39,418 nucleotides of DNA, from the IMG/VR virus record IMGVR_UViG_3300012954_000006. The stretch is one strand, 5' to 3'. Of the stretch, positions 27,148 through 37,084 are shown in pieces (the stretch's first letter is position 1; every line of letters begins with the position of its first letter). Origin of the DNA: an uncultured virus (IMG/VR IMGVR_UViG_3300012954_000006). Taxonomy: Duplodnaviria > Heunggongvirae > Uroviricota > Caudoviricetes. The notes beneath the pieces were generated by a model, which saw nothing but the letters and a program-made list of their open reading frames with translations, made no database searches and was not told where the DNA came from. The position numbers and the translations under genes are program-made.

Positions 27148-27951
27148 TTATACTGCTATTTCGCCTCTCACAAAGCTATGAGACTGATAGTCTTTAATTT
27201 GTATATCGCTATACTTTAAGTCGCTTAAATCGCTTATTTCCTTTACCCTATCACTTATTTCAATGCTGGGCAAAGACAATGGGTTACGTTTCAATATCAA
27301 TTCACATTGCGAAATGTGATTAGTGTAAATATGAGCATCACCAAGCGTATGAATAAACTCGCCTGCTTGCAAACCACATATTTTGGCTATGATATGTAGC
27401 AATATACTATAACTAGCAATATTAAAAGGCACTCCTAAAAATACATCCGCAGAACGTTGGTATAGCTGACATGATAACTTGCCATCAGCTACATAAAACT
27501 GAAATAAGCAATGACAAGGTGGCAACGCCATATTTGGTAAATCCGCTACATTCCAAGCATTGACAATATGTCTTCTACTGTGAGGGTCTTTTTTGATGTC
27601 TCTTATGATATTAGTTATCTGGTCTATCGCTTCGCCATTAGGTATTGGCCAGCTTCGCCATTGATAGCCATAGATATTACCTAAGTTTCCATCTTTGTCT
27701 GCCCACGCATCCCAGATACCTACCTTATGTTTTTTGAGATAGGCAGTATTGGTATCGCCACGCAAAAACCACAATAGCTCATATATTACAGAACGTAAAG
27801 TAGTTTTTTTGATAGTTACTACTGGCAAACCTTTGGTAAGGTCATATCGACTTTGATACCCAAACACAGACTTTGTGCCTACGCCTGTTCGGTCTTGTTT
27901 TAATGTGCCATTACCTAAGATGTGGAGGAGGAGTTCTTTGTATTGTCTCAT
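27148..27951 (-). CDS. thyA: Thymidylate synthase
   Basis: [52 protein letters not shown] all intact. Confidence 0.98.
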   Translation of the reverse strand: MRQYKELLLHILGNGTLKQDRTGVGTKSVFGYQSRYDLTKGLPVVTIKKTTLRSVIYELLWFLRGDTNTAYLKKHKVGIWDAWADKDGNLGNIYGYQWRSWPIPNGEAIDQITNIIRDIKKDPHSRRHIVNAWNVADLPNMALPPCHCLFQFYVADGKLSCQLYQRSADVFLGVPFNIASYSILLHIIAKICGLQAGEFIHTLGDAHIYTNHISQCELILKRNPLSLPSIEISDRVKEISDLSDLKYSDIQIKDYQSHSFVRGEIAV

Positions 27952-28031
27952 AATAGTATCTTGAACTTGATTAGGCTAAACTTAATTTGCATTTTTGAGA
28001 TGCTGTATTATAAGTGTGTAAATATTTTATT

Positions 28032-28622
28032 TCATCGCATGTCTTGATAACTTAAAATTAAGTCCAAGATAGGTACATAAAAACGCTCTTGTTCTTGCTC
28101 CAATAAACTTAAAAAATTCCAATCATGTTTCGTGATTTTCTTTTGACCAACAATTGCATCGATATACTCTTCTATGTAGTCGTCATTAAGTAGTGATGTT
28201 TTTAATATCGTACCATAAATGCAACAAGTTAGGTAGCTTGTGCTTTCTTGAGAACCCCAGCCACCATCAAATAACTTATTTTCAATACAATCCTCTGCTT
28301 GCATTTTTGCATAAGCTCGAATATACGCACAAGTCATATCCAAATTTTCTAGTTCTGCAATAGCATCAATGATACCCTTAGTATTTTCCAACATTAAGGA
28401 CTGTATTTTTGCGACTGCCTCATAGCTAAAATTACTATCTTCATCCATATAGTTAGTAGATTCCGGGAAATGCTTATCTACAACATTCCAAAAACACTCA
28501 AATATAGCCTTATGTACCTGCCCACTCCCATACACGTCTTTACTTAACCAACGAGGGTTGCTTAATTCCTCGCTCTTTGACGCAATAATCGAATTTACTT
28601 TTTTTAGCATTTGCTCATTCAT
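28032..28622 (-). CDS. Hypothetical acidic protein
   Basis: 196 aa ORF. Confidence 0.75.
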   Translation of the reverse strand: MNEQMLKKVNSIIASKSEELSNPRWLSKDVYGSGQVHKAIFECFWNVVDKHFPESTNYMDEDSNFSYEAVAKIQSLMLENTKGIIDAIAELENLDMTCAYIRAYAKMQAEDCIENKLFDGGWGSQESTSYLTCCIYGTILKTSLLNDDYIEEYIDAIVGQKKITKHDWNFLSLLEQEQERFYVPILDLILSYQDMR

Positions 28623-28670
28623 ATTATACTTATTTTCTTTTTAATTAAACTAATGCAGTACATGGTACTT

Positions 28671-29129
28671 TTAGTAGTATTCAGTTAAGAATGCAGCAGC
28701 ATTTTCTATATTGAGTAAATGCACATTGATAGAATATTTGCGACTTGCTACATTAACATGACGGCCTGGCAAGTCTGGAAATGCTATTATCATAGCACGA
28801 TTTTCTTGAAATAAATAATCGTCTTCATCTTTACCAGCTTCCTCGCATTGAGGAGCTAAAGCCAATACTAACCTACCTTCATACTTCTTTTGTAGTGCCA
28901 TTCGTCTTTCTGGCTGAATATCATGATTGAGTAGTAAAAAGAAACTATATTCCTGTGACACCTGCACTCGCTTTTGTTTCATAGCTATCTTGAGTAAATA
29001 AATATATTTTCCCTCAGTAGCTAATCGACAACTTTTAATACTTAAATTGTCCATACCTTTCGCCAAAACCTTAAAAGGTACATCATAAACTGTAATACCT
29101 TCTTTTACGAAGAGTTTTTTCAATGCCAT
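28671..29129 (-). CDS. Hypothetical protein
   Basis: 152 aa ORF. Confidence 0.7.
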   Translation of the reverse strand: MALKKLFVKEGITVYDVPFKVLAKGMDNLSIKSCRLATEGKYIYLLKIAMKQKRVQVSQEYSFFLLLNHDIQPERRMALQKKYEGRLVLALAPQCEEAGKDEDDYLFQENRAMIIAFPDLPGRHVNVASRKYSINVHLLNIENAAAFLTEYY

Positions 29130-29144
29130 ATTTTATTTTCATTA

Positions 29145-29726
29145 TCAATCCCTACTGATTTCTAAAAAATCACTATATTTTTCTCGACTAATACTATTCA
29201 TTACCTTTATACATTCCTGTATAATAGGATAGGAACGCTCATCTACATAATGACCTATCTGAAAGTCAGCAAATATGAGTCTTCTCCTAAGTAAAAACAT
29301 GGCATTTAATATTTTAGCTACTATATCATAAGGTTCTATATCTATTTGAACCTTGCAAATATCCAGCACCGCTTTTTTATGAAACAACACTAGCTTAGGG
29401 TTTAATTGTTGATGGCTTTCAATTGAACCAGAACCATTATATACATCAAAGCCAACACTTACAAAAGGGTTGGTAGCATAGACGATAACACAATCAGCAT
29501 CTATTTCGGCACTTACCTTTTCATGTTCCGTTGTGGCTAGTTTTACCTTTTCCAACAACTCTTTTCGCTTCTTAAAGCCATCATAATATCTAAAAAAGTT
29601 ACTAACAACAGTCAGTATATCTATGTTGTAACCTAATGTGAGTCTGTTAAACTCCAGATAAAAGACATCGTCTTGCTCTTCTATTGGTAATCCTGTTAAG
29701 TTACAAGTGGTGCTAAAAGTTCCCAT
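29145..29726 (-). CDS. Hypothetical phage protein
   Basis: MGTFSTTCNLTGLPI N-terminus, 193 aa. Confidence 0.7.
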   Translation of the reverse strand: MGTFSTTCNLTGLPIEEQDDVFYLEFNRLTLGYNIDILTVVSNFFRYYDGFKKRKELLEKVKLATTEHEKVSAEIDADCVIVYATNPFVSVGFDVYNGSGSIESHQQLNPKLVLFHKKAVLDICKVQIDIEPYDIVAKILNAMFLLRRRLIFADFQIGHYVDERSYPIIQECIKVMNSISREKYSDFLEISRD

Positions 29727-29739
29727 ATTTGTGATATTT

Positions 29740-30516
29740 TTAATAGTTTCCTATAGAGTAATTAGTATGTCTATAAAAAACCAATTCGTAATTTAAGGCA
29801 TCTCCTTCTTTTGAAGCTATCCATGGCATATCTTTCTGCGTATAATCTTGCATTGCTGCTGCCGAACAATCTGCAAACTGCTCAATAACATAGTCAATAA
29901 CTGCTGTTTCGCTGGCCTTCAAAGCTGTCAAATCTGCCTTTACTAAAGGAATATATTTTATTTGTTTACGCTTGTTACATAAGACTTTTATTCGCTGTAT
30001 CTGTTCATTATCTATCATTTCTTGCAAAATGCTATCTAATTTTTCGGGTTTTGGGCCGTTCAATATTTTGCGATAAGTCGCTCCTGTTAGCTGTTCTTCA
30101 TACAATTCATAATAATTGAAATCGACAAAATATAGCATTTTATTCAAAATACTTTTATGGACTTTTGGCTTTCCTGCACATTTTTCGAGCATATACAACA
30201 ATACATTTTTAAATTTTTCAAGCTTTAAAAAAGGCTCTGAAATACGCATTTCAGACTTTTGTGTTTCATCTTTTTTTTGTTCTAGCTGTTCTGTTAATTC
30301 AAAATTTTCTGCAAAAAAGTTTTGTAACGAAAAGCCCAATTGATAGGCTAATTTTTGAAACTCCAACAAATTTACATTTCTTTTTCCCAGCTCAATTTGC
30401 GTCAATGACGGCCGTGAAATATTGATATTTTGAGCCAAATCCGCCTGTGATAAACCTTTGAATTTTCTTATTTTTGCTATCCGTACACCTATTTCTTTTT
30501 TTGATAATGGAATCAT
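29740..30516 (-). CDS. XRE-family HTH fused to DUF4065 (Panacea/SocA-type antitoxin) domain
   Basis: IAKIRKFKGLSQADLAQNINISRPSLTQIELGKR HTH; LNKMLYFVDFNYY...LTGATYRKILNGPKP...DMPW. Confidence 0.85.
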   Translation of the reverse strand: MIPLSKKEIGVRIAKIRKFKGLSQADLAQNINISRPSLTQIELGKRNVNLLEFQKLAYQLGFSLQNFFAENFELTEQLEQKKDETQKSEMRISEPFLKLEKFKNVLLYMLEKCAGKPKVHKSILNKMLYFVDFNYYELYEEQLTGATYRKILNGPKPEKLDSILQEMIDNEQIQRIKVLCNKRKQIKYIPLVKADLTALKASETAVIDYVIEQFADCSAAAMQDYTQKDMPWIASKEGDALNYELVFYRHTNYSIGNY

Positions 30517-30595
30517 TTTTTTAATTTAATGTCTTAAATATAAGGCAAAAACATCTTATGTTAGTAAGATAAAGTTATTTCAGACTTTGATAAAT

Positions 30596-30617
30596 AATAA
30601 TCGACAAAATCAATAAT
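30596..30617. promoter_or_regulatory. Imperfect palindrome repeated at 34249-34272; candidate operator
   Basis: aataatcgacaaaa(ag)tcaataat at both sites. Confidence 0.45.
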
Positions 30618-30629
30618 AGATTATTACTA

Positions 30630-31175
30630 TTATAGAATTAAATTTCGTTGCAATTTTGCTATCTCTGCTTTGATGCGTTGATTATGTTGAGTGTTATCAA
30701 TAGGAATACATTTTAACTCTAACATATCCAAACAGATATTCACAGCTTCTATCTTTTCGTAAACTCCTGCCTGTGTTACATCGCTTGTGTAGCCATTTTC
30801 TCTAGGTCTATAATACTGTCCTCGCTTTTTGATATAGCAATGTGTAACGTTTGAGTTACTCAATAACTGTCGCTTCAAAGCATTATCATTAGCAAGGTCT
30901 ATTTTGTATTGCACTAGATAACGTTCTATCTCTTCGCCCTCAAACAACACCTTGTCATTATTTGGACTTCTTACAATAGGAATATTAAGGTAATCTACCT
31001 CCTCGCCATTACTTAGAAATAAATCTTCATGCTGATATTTTTTCAACAACTGTTGTCTTGCTTCGTTTCTCGTTTTAGCAAAAATAGTAGGAATGTCATA
31101 CATCCAATACTCTTTAAGTTTACTAGTATTTAAACACCATGCCTTTGCTGTTATTTCAAGTTTTGTTGTTTTCAT
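30630..31175 (-). CDS. Hypothetical phage protein
   Basis: 181 aa; YYRP..GYT....AGVY motif. Confidence 0.75.
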   Translation of the reverse strand: MKTTKLEITAKAWCLNTSKLKEYWMYDIPTIFAKTRNEARQQLLKKYQHEDLFLSNGEEVDYLNIPIVRSPNNDKVLFEGEEIERYLVQYKIDLANDNALKRQLLSNSNVTHCYIKKRGQYYRPRENGYTSDVTQAGVYEKIEAVNICLDMLELKCIPIDNTQHNQRIKAEIAKLQRNLIL

Positions 31176-31182
31176 TTTTATT

Positions 31183-31467
31183 TTATTTAATTGTAAATCC
31201 TAACGTTTGTATTAGGTATTTTTGCTTTACATCATTTAAGTCTAGTATGTGTTGATACAGTTTCATTGCATATTGAGGGTTCTTTGTCTCATACTCTAGG
31301 CAATAATCGTCATTGCCTGTTGCAAACACCTTATATATATTACTACCATCTTGATATTTCAATATCCCTACCTTAACATATTTTTTAGTCCAAAGTGAAT
31401 GTGTAAAACTTCCATGCCAATTATCAGAAGTTGGCATTAATAATTCATCTTTTTTAAATTCAATCAT
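31183..31467 (-). CDS. Hypothetical phage protein
   Basis: 94 aa; PTSDNW...GNDD motifs. Confidence 0.7.
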   Translation of the reverse strand: MIEFKKDELLMPTSDNWHGSFTHSLWTKKYVKVGILKYQDGSNIYKVFATGNDDYCLEYETKNPQYAMKLYQHILDLNDVKQKYLIQTLGFTIK

Positions 31468-31605
31468 ATCTACTTTAGTATTTTAAATAAGGTTAAAATT
31501 ACTACTCCTAAGCCTTGAAACAATAAATAAATATCTATAATATGAGCATAATCAAAACACAAATAGAGCGTTATTATCAGCACATTACAGGTTACAATAA
31601 TCTCA

Positions 31606-32178
31606 TTAGAAAGTAGTTTTAAAAATATGTTTAGTATTTCCGAATCGCTCATCATCTATAAAATGCTTTTTTAAGTCCATAAATCTAGCTCCTGTTATTT
31701 GATTGACTAACTTAAAATGGCGTTGATATACTTTTATTGCATCTGTTAGAAGTTGTCGATTAAAAGTAGTTTGAAAGACCGCTCCAACATTCAAACGCTC
31801 TTTGGCATAAGAAATATCAAATACTGCTGAAAAGAAGTCTTTTACGTCAAAGGCACTACGGTATTCTATGGAAGTTATATTTTCTTGCAATCGCATTTTC
31901 ATTATCGCATCAAAAAAGAACTCATAGTTAGTAGAAAGACTATTGATTTGCCTATCCATACCAAATAAGCTTAGGTTACAATATGGTAATATTGGAATAT
32001 GTGGAGTTAATACATCTACCTTTACTTGACTATCCAAAAGAGCCATGCAATTGGCGATAGCAAACTCAACAGTAATAATATCATACATTTTTAACACCAG
32101 TGCATTGTAGTTGATATTATCCTGTACAATCATTTTTTTGTCTATTGATAAGTTTTCTAGGTACGGTTTTATTACCAT
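31606..32178 (-). CDS. Hypothetical protein
   Basis: 190 aa ORF. Confidence 0.7.
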   Translation of the reverse strand: MVIKPYLENLSIDKKMIVQDNINYNALVLKMYDIITVEFAIANCMALLDSQVKVDVLTPHIPILPYCNLSLFGMDRQINSLSTNYEFFFDAIMKMRLQENITSIEYRSAFDVKDFFSAVFDISYAKERLNVGAVFQTTFNRQLLTDAIKVYQRHFKLVNQITGARFMDLKKHFIDDERFGNTKHIFKTTF

Positions 32179-32193
32179 ACCTAGAAAATATTG

Positions 32194-32868
32194 TTACTTA
32201 GTATTAATGATAACATTATTAGCTCCTGCTTTAGCTTCAATGATTTTTCGCCCAAACTCTTACTCGCCGTTGGCTTTATAAAAACGCAAGGCCGACATCA
32301 CGTCTAACGCTTCCTCTGCTTGCTGACTCAAGGTAACATCAATAGACATATTCATAAAAGCTACTCCTCTTTCTGCAAAAGAAGAATCCACCAACACTTG
32401 AAGCTCTCTTTCAATAGTCGCTTCATCAATATCTCTTGCCTCAACATTAGGGGTGTATGCTCGTATAATATCCATCAACATCTTATCAACAACAGCATTC
32501 TCAATACTTTCTAACTTATCTGGGTCGACTTTTCTATCATCTGAAGTGTCACTACTAACAAGACTTTTCGCAGAACCTACAAACTCAATAGGGTCAGTAA
32601 TCTTCCATTGATAAGCACACTCTATATTTGCTGCCAAGCGATGTGCAAACTTTGTGCCCACTTCAAATTCGGCTGACAATTCAGTAGCTGGCAAAATGAT
32701 ATACCTATCACACTTTGTCAAAAGTTTTGGTAGCGGTTTGCCTGCTTTTAGTACACTCATAGTGTTCCAGCATGTTGCTGTTGAAACTACCCATTCATTA
32801 GGGTTTGTTGTTGCTCTGCACGATGCAAATAACCATGCTACTATGCATAATAAAAAATACTTTTTCAT
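32194..32868 (-). CDS. SPFH/band-7-like lipoprotein; in-frame TAA at 32260-32262 near C-terminus
   Basis: Lipobox LFASC; YQWKITDPIEF and FAERGVAF motifs; frame continues *EFGRKIIEAKAGANNVIINTK. Confidence 0.65.
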
Positions 32869-32883
32869 GTTTCTTTTTATACT

Positions 32884-33417
32884 TTATAAAGTAATTAATT
32901 TTAATGCTTTGCAAATATCTAAAAGCATTTCTTTAAAATCTGCTTTTAGTTCAAGTAAGTTACCATACCCCTTAATATCTCCATACTCATGAGTAAAACA
33001 ATCGTCTAGGAATCCATATCCATCATTAAAAACAAAAAAGCCACCATGTCTTACTGTACCTATCTGACAACCGTTAAGCTCAATGACTGATTCTATGAAT
33101 CGGTCATTATAAGGATTAAATGCAACTTGTGACTTATCTTTAACAGAAAATAAAAAACAGTTATCCAATTCTTTCAATACATTTACTATTTCAAACTGGA
33201 AACTTTCTACCATATAATAATATTCATCCTCGACAATAGAATCGAAAGTATCTGATGAAAATATGATATTCAAGAAATAGAATTGTTCTTCAAAAAAAGG
33301 AATATAAGTGCTATCGTCAGTTAATTTTAACCTTCCTAAATGATGACCATTATAATACATATCATAATAGATGTTGTTTTCTGTAATATGTGGTTTTAGT
33401 ATCATATCCATAATCAA
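32884..33417 (-). CDS. Hypothetical protein with internal duplication
   Basis: YNGHHLGRL...FEEQFYFLNIIF vs LNGCQIGTV...FNDGYGFLDDCF. Confidence 0.65.
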   Translation of the reverse strand: MIMDMILKPHITENNIYYDMYYNGHHLGRLKLTDDSTYIPFFEEQFYFLNIIFSSDTFDSIVEDEYYYMVESFQFEIVNVLKELDNCFLFSVKDKSQVAFNPYNDRFIESVIELNGCQIGTVRHGGFFVFNDGYGFLDDCFTHEYGDIKGYGNLLELKADFKEMLLDICKALKLITL

Positions 33418-33418
33418 A

Positions 33419-34156
33419 TTATTTATGTAATTTCATTACAGTAGGCAATACGCTTAGTTGAATAATAGTATTTTTTAGGCGTTCTATGTGACTACTCAAA
33501 TTACGAATATCAGTACAAACCACTTCTAACTCCCGCCTACCACTCCATTGCACCCTATTAGCCTGTAATATCTCCTTAAAAAGTGGCATTTCTACTATCT
33601 CCTGCACATCCAATTCATGCTCATTAAAATAGCGTTCAATAGCACCGCTATCATTAATTTCAAACACTTCTTTTGAAGGACGCAAGATATGTAAGCAGAC
33701 ATCAAAAAAGGGTAGCAATTTCGCAAACTTAATATTTGCCCATGTCGCATTACCTTCTGCCGTGCCATATTCAAACACTAAGTTGCTTTTGTATTGTGCC
33801 AAATACTTATTTAATAAAAATAGCGTATCGCTACAATGCTCCCACCCTGCTAACCGTAGCAACTCAAGCAGCTTAGACCTTTTGGCGGACATCTCTTTTT
33901 CCACTACCTGTTTAGCTTTTTCTAGTCGGCTATTATATGTAGCGGTACTTTCAAAAAAGTAATTCTTAACCGATTTAGATAAGTAAATATCAGTTACTTC
34001 GCCATATTTAAAGTAAATTCTAAAACTGCAAATCCAGCCTGTTTGAAATTTGTGCTGATATAAACTAGGTAAAGGTAACATGGTAACATTACCAACATAT
34101 TTTACATTTTCAACTAAAAAAGAATGTTTTTCAAAATTAATTTCTTGATTCTCCAT
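33419..34156 (-). CDS. Hypothetical protein; N-terminal domain paralogous to 34286..34681
   Basis: 245 aa ORF. Confidence 0.75.
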   Translation of the reverse strand: MENQEINFEKHSFLVENVKYVGNVTMLPLPSLYQHKFQTGWICSFRIYFKYGEVTDIYLSKSVKNYFFESTATYNSRLEKAKQVVEKEMSAKRSKLLELLRLAGWEHCSDTLFLLNKYLAQYKSNLVFEYGTAEGNATWANIKFAKLLPFFDVCLHILRPSKEVFEINDSGAIERYFNEHELDVQEIVEMPLFKEILQANRVQWSGRRELEVVCTDIRNLSSHIERLKNTIIQLSVLPTVMKLHK

Positions 34157-34165
34157 TTTGCTCGT

Positions 34166-34214
34166 TTTTTATTGGTCTCAAATTTAAGGTTAAAAACCTC
34201 GTACTTTAGTACGA
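34166..34214 (-). promoter_or_regulatory. Promoter (-7 TAAATTTG) with upstream palindrome
   Basis: caaattta 34179-34186; TCGTACT-TT-AGTACGA 34199-34214. Confidence 0.55.
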
Positions 34215-34285
34215 TAAATTCATTTCAACCTTTGAAAAAATAATTTTGAATAATCGACAAAAAGTCAATAATGGTGTTTGATGCG

Positions 34286-34681
34286 TTAGCAAAAATGCAA
34301 CGGCACGCAAACTAGCGTAAGCAAGCATTTCAAGACTTTCAGTCGCCAAAGTAACCTACCTACTTCTAGTAGGTAGTATTTAAGTTGACATATTAAACTA
34401 TCTCTTTGCTGCATGATACGTTTTCTAGTAGTATCATACAACGCTTGTTTCTTTTCATTAAAATTCCAAACAGGAAAAAACATCAAGATATAGCGTTCCA
34501 GCCAACAAGACCAACAATCAACATCTAAAATGTTACCATTGTAGAAATGCACTCGAAATACTCCTCTGTATCTTATACAGCCAAACATCCAAGTAGTCTG
34601 TATTTCAATATCGCCAACAGCTCGAATATCACTAGCGATAAACTCTTCGCCATTTATCTTAATAAACTTATAATTATTCAT
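34286..34681 (-). CDS. Hypothetical protein
   Basis: 131 aa ORF. Confidence 0.7.
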   Translation of the reverse strand: MNNYKFIKINGEEFIASDIRAVGDIEIQTTWMFGCIRYRGVFRVHFYNGNILDVDCWSCWLERYILMFFPVWNFNEKKQALYDTTRKRIMQQRDSLICQLKYYLLEVGRLLWRLKVLKCLLTLVCVPLHFC

Positions 34682-34690
34682 AACTTGTAT

Positions 34691-35119
34691 TTATTCCTCG
34701 ACACGTTCCATTGTATAATCAACATTCATAAAGGTATGTAACTGCAAATTACTTAAAAGTATAGCTACTTCATTCCTCGCCTGTTCCAAATTATATGCGT
34801 ACACATAATAAGTTTTAACTGACGTGTCTGATATTTTCAGAGCAACAGCGTATTTATACTTTGGTATTTTTAGACGTACTTTTGCATATACAACTTCCAA
34901 TCCTTTAAGGTAATTTCTATCTAGCAACCATCTTAAATAGTTGTTTGGGATAGATAGGAATTTTTGCCCTTTATATTTACCAAACTCTAATCTCCTTTCT
35001 GCAATATTGCTGTATCGTCTTTTTTTTACCTTAGATTTTTTGACCTGCGTTTTAAAGGCATCTGTCCAAGATTTTCTTTTCATAATTCTTTTCTCTTTTT
35101 CCGTACTGCTCTTAGCCAT
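34691..35119 (-). CDS. DUF3820-like (FGKYKG motif) protein
   Basis: LEFGKYKGQKFLSIPNNYLRWL; start possibly MKRKSW. Confidence 0.75.
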   Translation of the reverse strand: MAKSSTEKEKRIMKRKSWTDAFKTQVKKSKVKKRRYSNIAERRLEFGKYKGQKFLSIPNNYLRWLLDRNYLKGLEVVYAKVRLKIPKYKYAVALKISDTSVKTYYVYAYNLEQARNEVAILLSNLQLHTFMNVDYTMERVEE

Positions 35120-35277
35120 TTCTTTTCTGACATTTCAACAAAACCATTCGTACTTAAATTTTCGCCTATTTGTTCCCCAAAATATCAAAAAAGTATATTG
35201 GAATGTCTTCAATTAATGTATCTACAACGGTATGTCTTTTCATTAAGTCACCTGTGTTGGAGTTCTTATAATACTTC

Positions 35278-35622
35278 TCATGTATTTAGTATGGTATTAA
35301 TATTTTTCAATATGGTAAACTGCCTTTCTCGTTCCCCTTTTTGTATGGCATTACAAAATTTCACCCACGACTTAGTAGTAATATGAGCTTTTAAAATATC
35401 TAAGGTAAATGACAAACACCAAGCATCAAGATAACCTTTCGTTTTATTTGTATGGTAGTATATAGTAGCATAATATTTGCATCCACAAAACACATTGCTT
35501 TTAAACAGCCTGCTGTTTCTGGTAGATGCACTACATTCAGACACAGGTACAACTTTCACTATGACATAGGTAACATTGACGTTACGTTTCTTGTCTTTCA
35601 TATTTCTTTGTTGATGTAGCAA
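35278..35622 (-). CDS. Hypothetical protein (boundaries uncertain)
   Basis: 114 aa ORF; coding-like sequence continues in other frames to ~35100. Confidence 0.5.
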   Translation of the reverse strand: MLHQQRNMKDKKRNVNVTYVIVKVVPVSECSASTRNSRLFKSNVFCGCKYYATIYYHTNKTKGYLDAWCLSFTLDILKAHITTKSWVKFCNAIQKGERERQFTILKNINTILNT

Positions 35623-36191
35623 TCAATAAAGATAGCCGCTTTACGATACAATAGGCTATCATACTTTTTATCAAAAACCTGATTGTTTTCCAAAATATCA
35701 CTCATTATTCGACTAATGTTGTTTGCCATCTCAAAGTGTTGTTGAGTGTCATAATTCATTATAGACTCTAATACAATAATATCCAGCACTATACCTAAAA
35801 CGGAATACGCATCTTGCAATAGTTTTATCGTATCGTAGCCTGTCGCTTTATCTATCATGGCATGAATAGTAGATTTCGGTTTTGGCGGAGGCTCAATGAC
35901 AGCCTTTATATTAGACTGCAAATTACTATGTAAAACCATTAATATACTATCTATGGGTGCGTGATTACTTTTGACAAAAGATTTTAGAAACACCTTTTTA
36001 TGTGGATGCTGAAAAGAGCGAGTCAACTTATTAAAGGTCTTGTAGAATGATGTACTAGCCGAAGACTTCAAATACCTACGATTATCGCCATTTCCATCAA
36101 GTATCATAATACTCTTATCAGTTTCCTTCAACACATCTACAATATTTATTTTAAAGTATTTTTTCTGTTTGGTAAGTTGTAAGTATATCAT
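35598..36191 (-). CDS. Hypothetical protein
   Basis: 197 aa ORF. Confidence 0.75.
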   Translation of the reverse strand: MIYLQLTKQKKYFKINIVDVLKETDKSIMILDGNGDNRRYLKSSASTSFYKTFNKLTRSFQHPHKKVFLKSFVKSNHAPIDSILMVLHSNLQSNIKAVIEPPPKPKSTIHAMIDKATGYDTIKLLQDAYSVLGIVLDIIVLESIMNYDTQQHFEMANNISRIMSDILENNQVFDKKYDSLLYRKAAIFIDCYINKEI

Positions 36192-36499
36192 CTGTTATTG
36201 CGTTTACTCTTTTTAGACGCTTTTCGCTTCTTTTTTCGCTTCTTTTTCTGTTGGCTGTTTAATAGGGTACGCTTTTTTGGTTTGTCAATCTCAAATTTAA
36301 AGATATTTGGATTAGTTTTTCTTATGGCAGCCAAATATGCGGACATAACCCCAACATCATTATTAATGTCAGAAACAGGCTCATCGACAATTTTGTAATC
36401 TTGATGGCTGTTTTCTGCTATTACATCAAATGCTACTTTATGTCCTTGCGAAGCATCACCAATAACAGCGATTTTAGCCTTGTCTTTCACTTCTTTCAT
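36188..36499 (-). CDS. Hypothetical protein with basic C-terminal tail
   Basis: ...KKKRKKKRKASKKSKRNNR. Confidence 0.7.
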   Translation of the reverse strand: MKEVKDKAKIAVIGDASQGHKVAFDVIAENSHQDYKIVDEPVSDINNDVGVMSAYLAAIRKTNPNIFKFEIDKPKKRTLLNSQQKKKRKKKRKASKKSKRNNR

Positions 36500-36500
36500 G

Positions 36501-36980
36501 CTATATTATTTTATACTGTTCTGAATCAAAGTAAGGGTATTTTAATACATCTACTTCAAACGCTTGCCATCTCACATTCTCCTCAATAAAGGCATAATGA
36601 GTAATCACAAAATGTAGCAACTGCAACCCTGTTTTAAGATATTTATCAAATTGAGCATATATTTCCTGAAACCACAAAGATGAACTACCATTTAGCTTTT
36701 TAGTAATTAACCTTCCATAAACAGCTACTATCAAAATATCTTGATGCCATTCTTGGATATGGTTAGCAAGTATGATGTCATCCTGTAATAACATCACACC
36801 ATTATCAAAACACGACTTTGCTAATAAACAAGCTTCATTTAACAAAAGCATTCTATCCTTCAACAAACAAGCTTCTACCTTTGCTTTTAAGTCATCAATA
36901 CTAATATTGTCATCAATACCTAGTACATAAGAGTGTAGTTTTATGTCTATTTCACTAAACAGCAAGTCACTTAATTTCAT
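36501..36980 (-). CDS. Hypothetical protein
   Basis: 159 aa ORF behind promoter. Confidence 0.75.
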   Translation of the reverse strand: MKLSDLLFSEIDIKLHSYVLGIDDNISIDDLKAKVEACLLKDRMLLLNEACLLAKSCFDNGVMLLQDDIILANHIQEWHQDILIVAVYGRLITKKLNGSSSLWFQEIYAQFDKYLKTGLQLLHFVITHYAFIEENVRWQAFEVDVLKYPYFDSEQYKII

Positions 36981-37001
36981 GGTATGTCTTTTTAGTTAAT
37001 G

Positions 37002-37032
37002 CAAAGATACATTTTTTTTCTGATTTTTCACA
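37002..37032 (-). promoter_or_regulatory. Bacteroidota-type promoter
   Basis: TGTG-N19-TATCTTTG. Confidence 0.65.
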
Positions 37033-37043
37033 TTTTTTTTAAT

Positions 37044-37077
37044 AAAAAAGCAGTTAATCTTTTTTGATTAACTGCTT
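37044..37077 (-). terminator. Intrinsic terminator
   Basis: AAGCAGTTAATC...GATTAACTGCTT plus T-run. Confidence 0.8.
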
Positions 37078-37084
37078 AGTAATT

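Noticed and set aside
31470..31655. 61 aa hydrophobic ORF as a holin
   Set aside because: Overlaps the upstream gene, no lysin nearby, could be a frameshifted tail.
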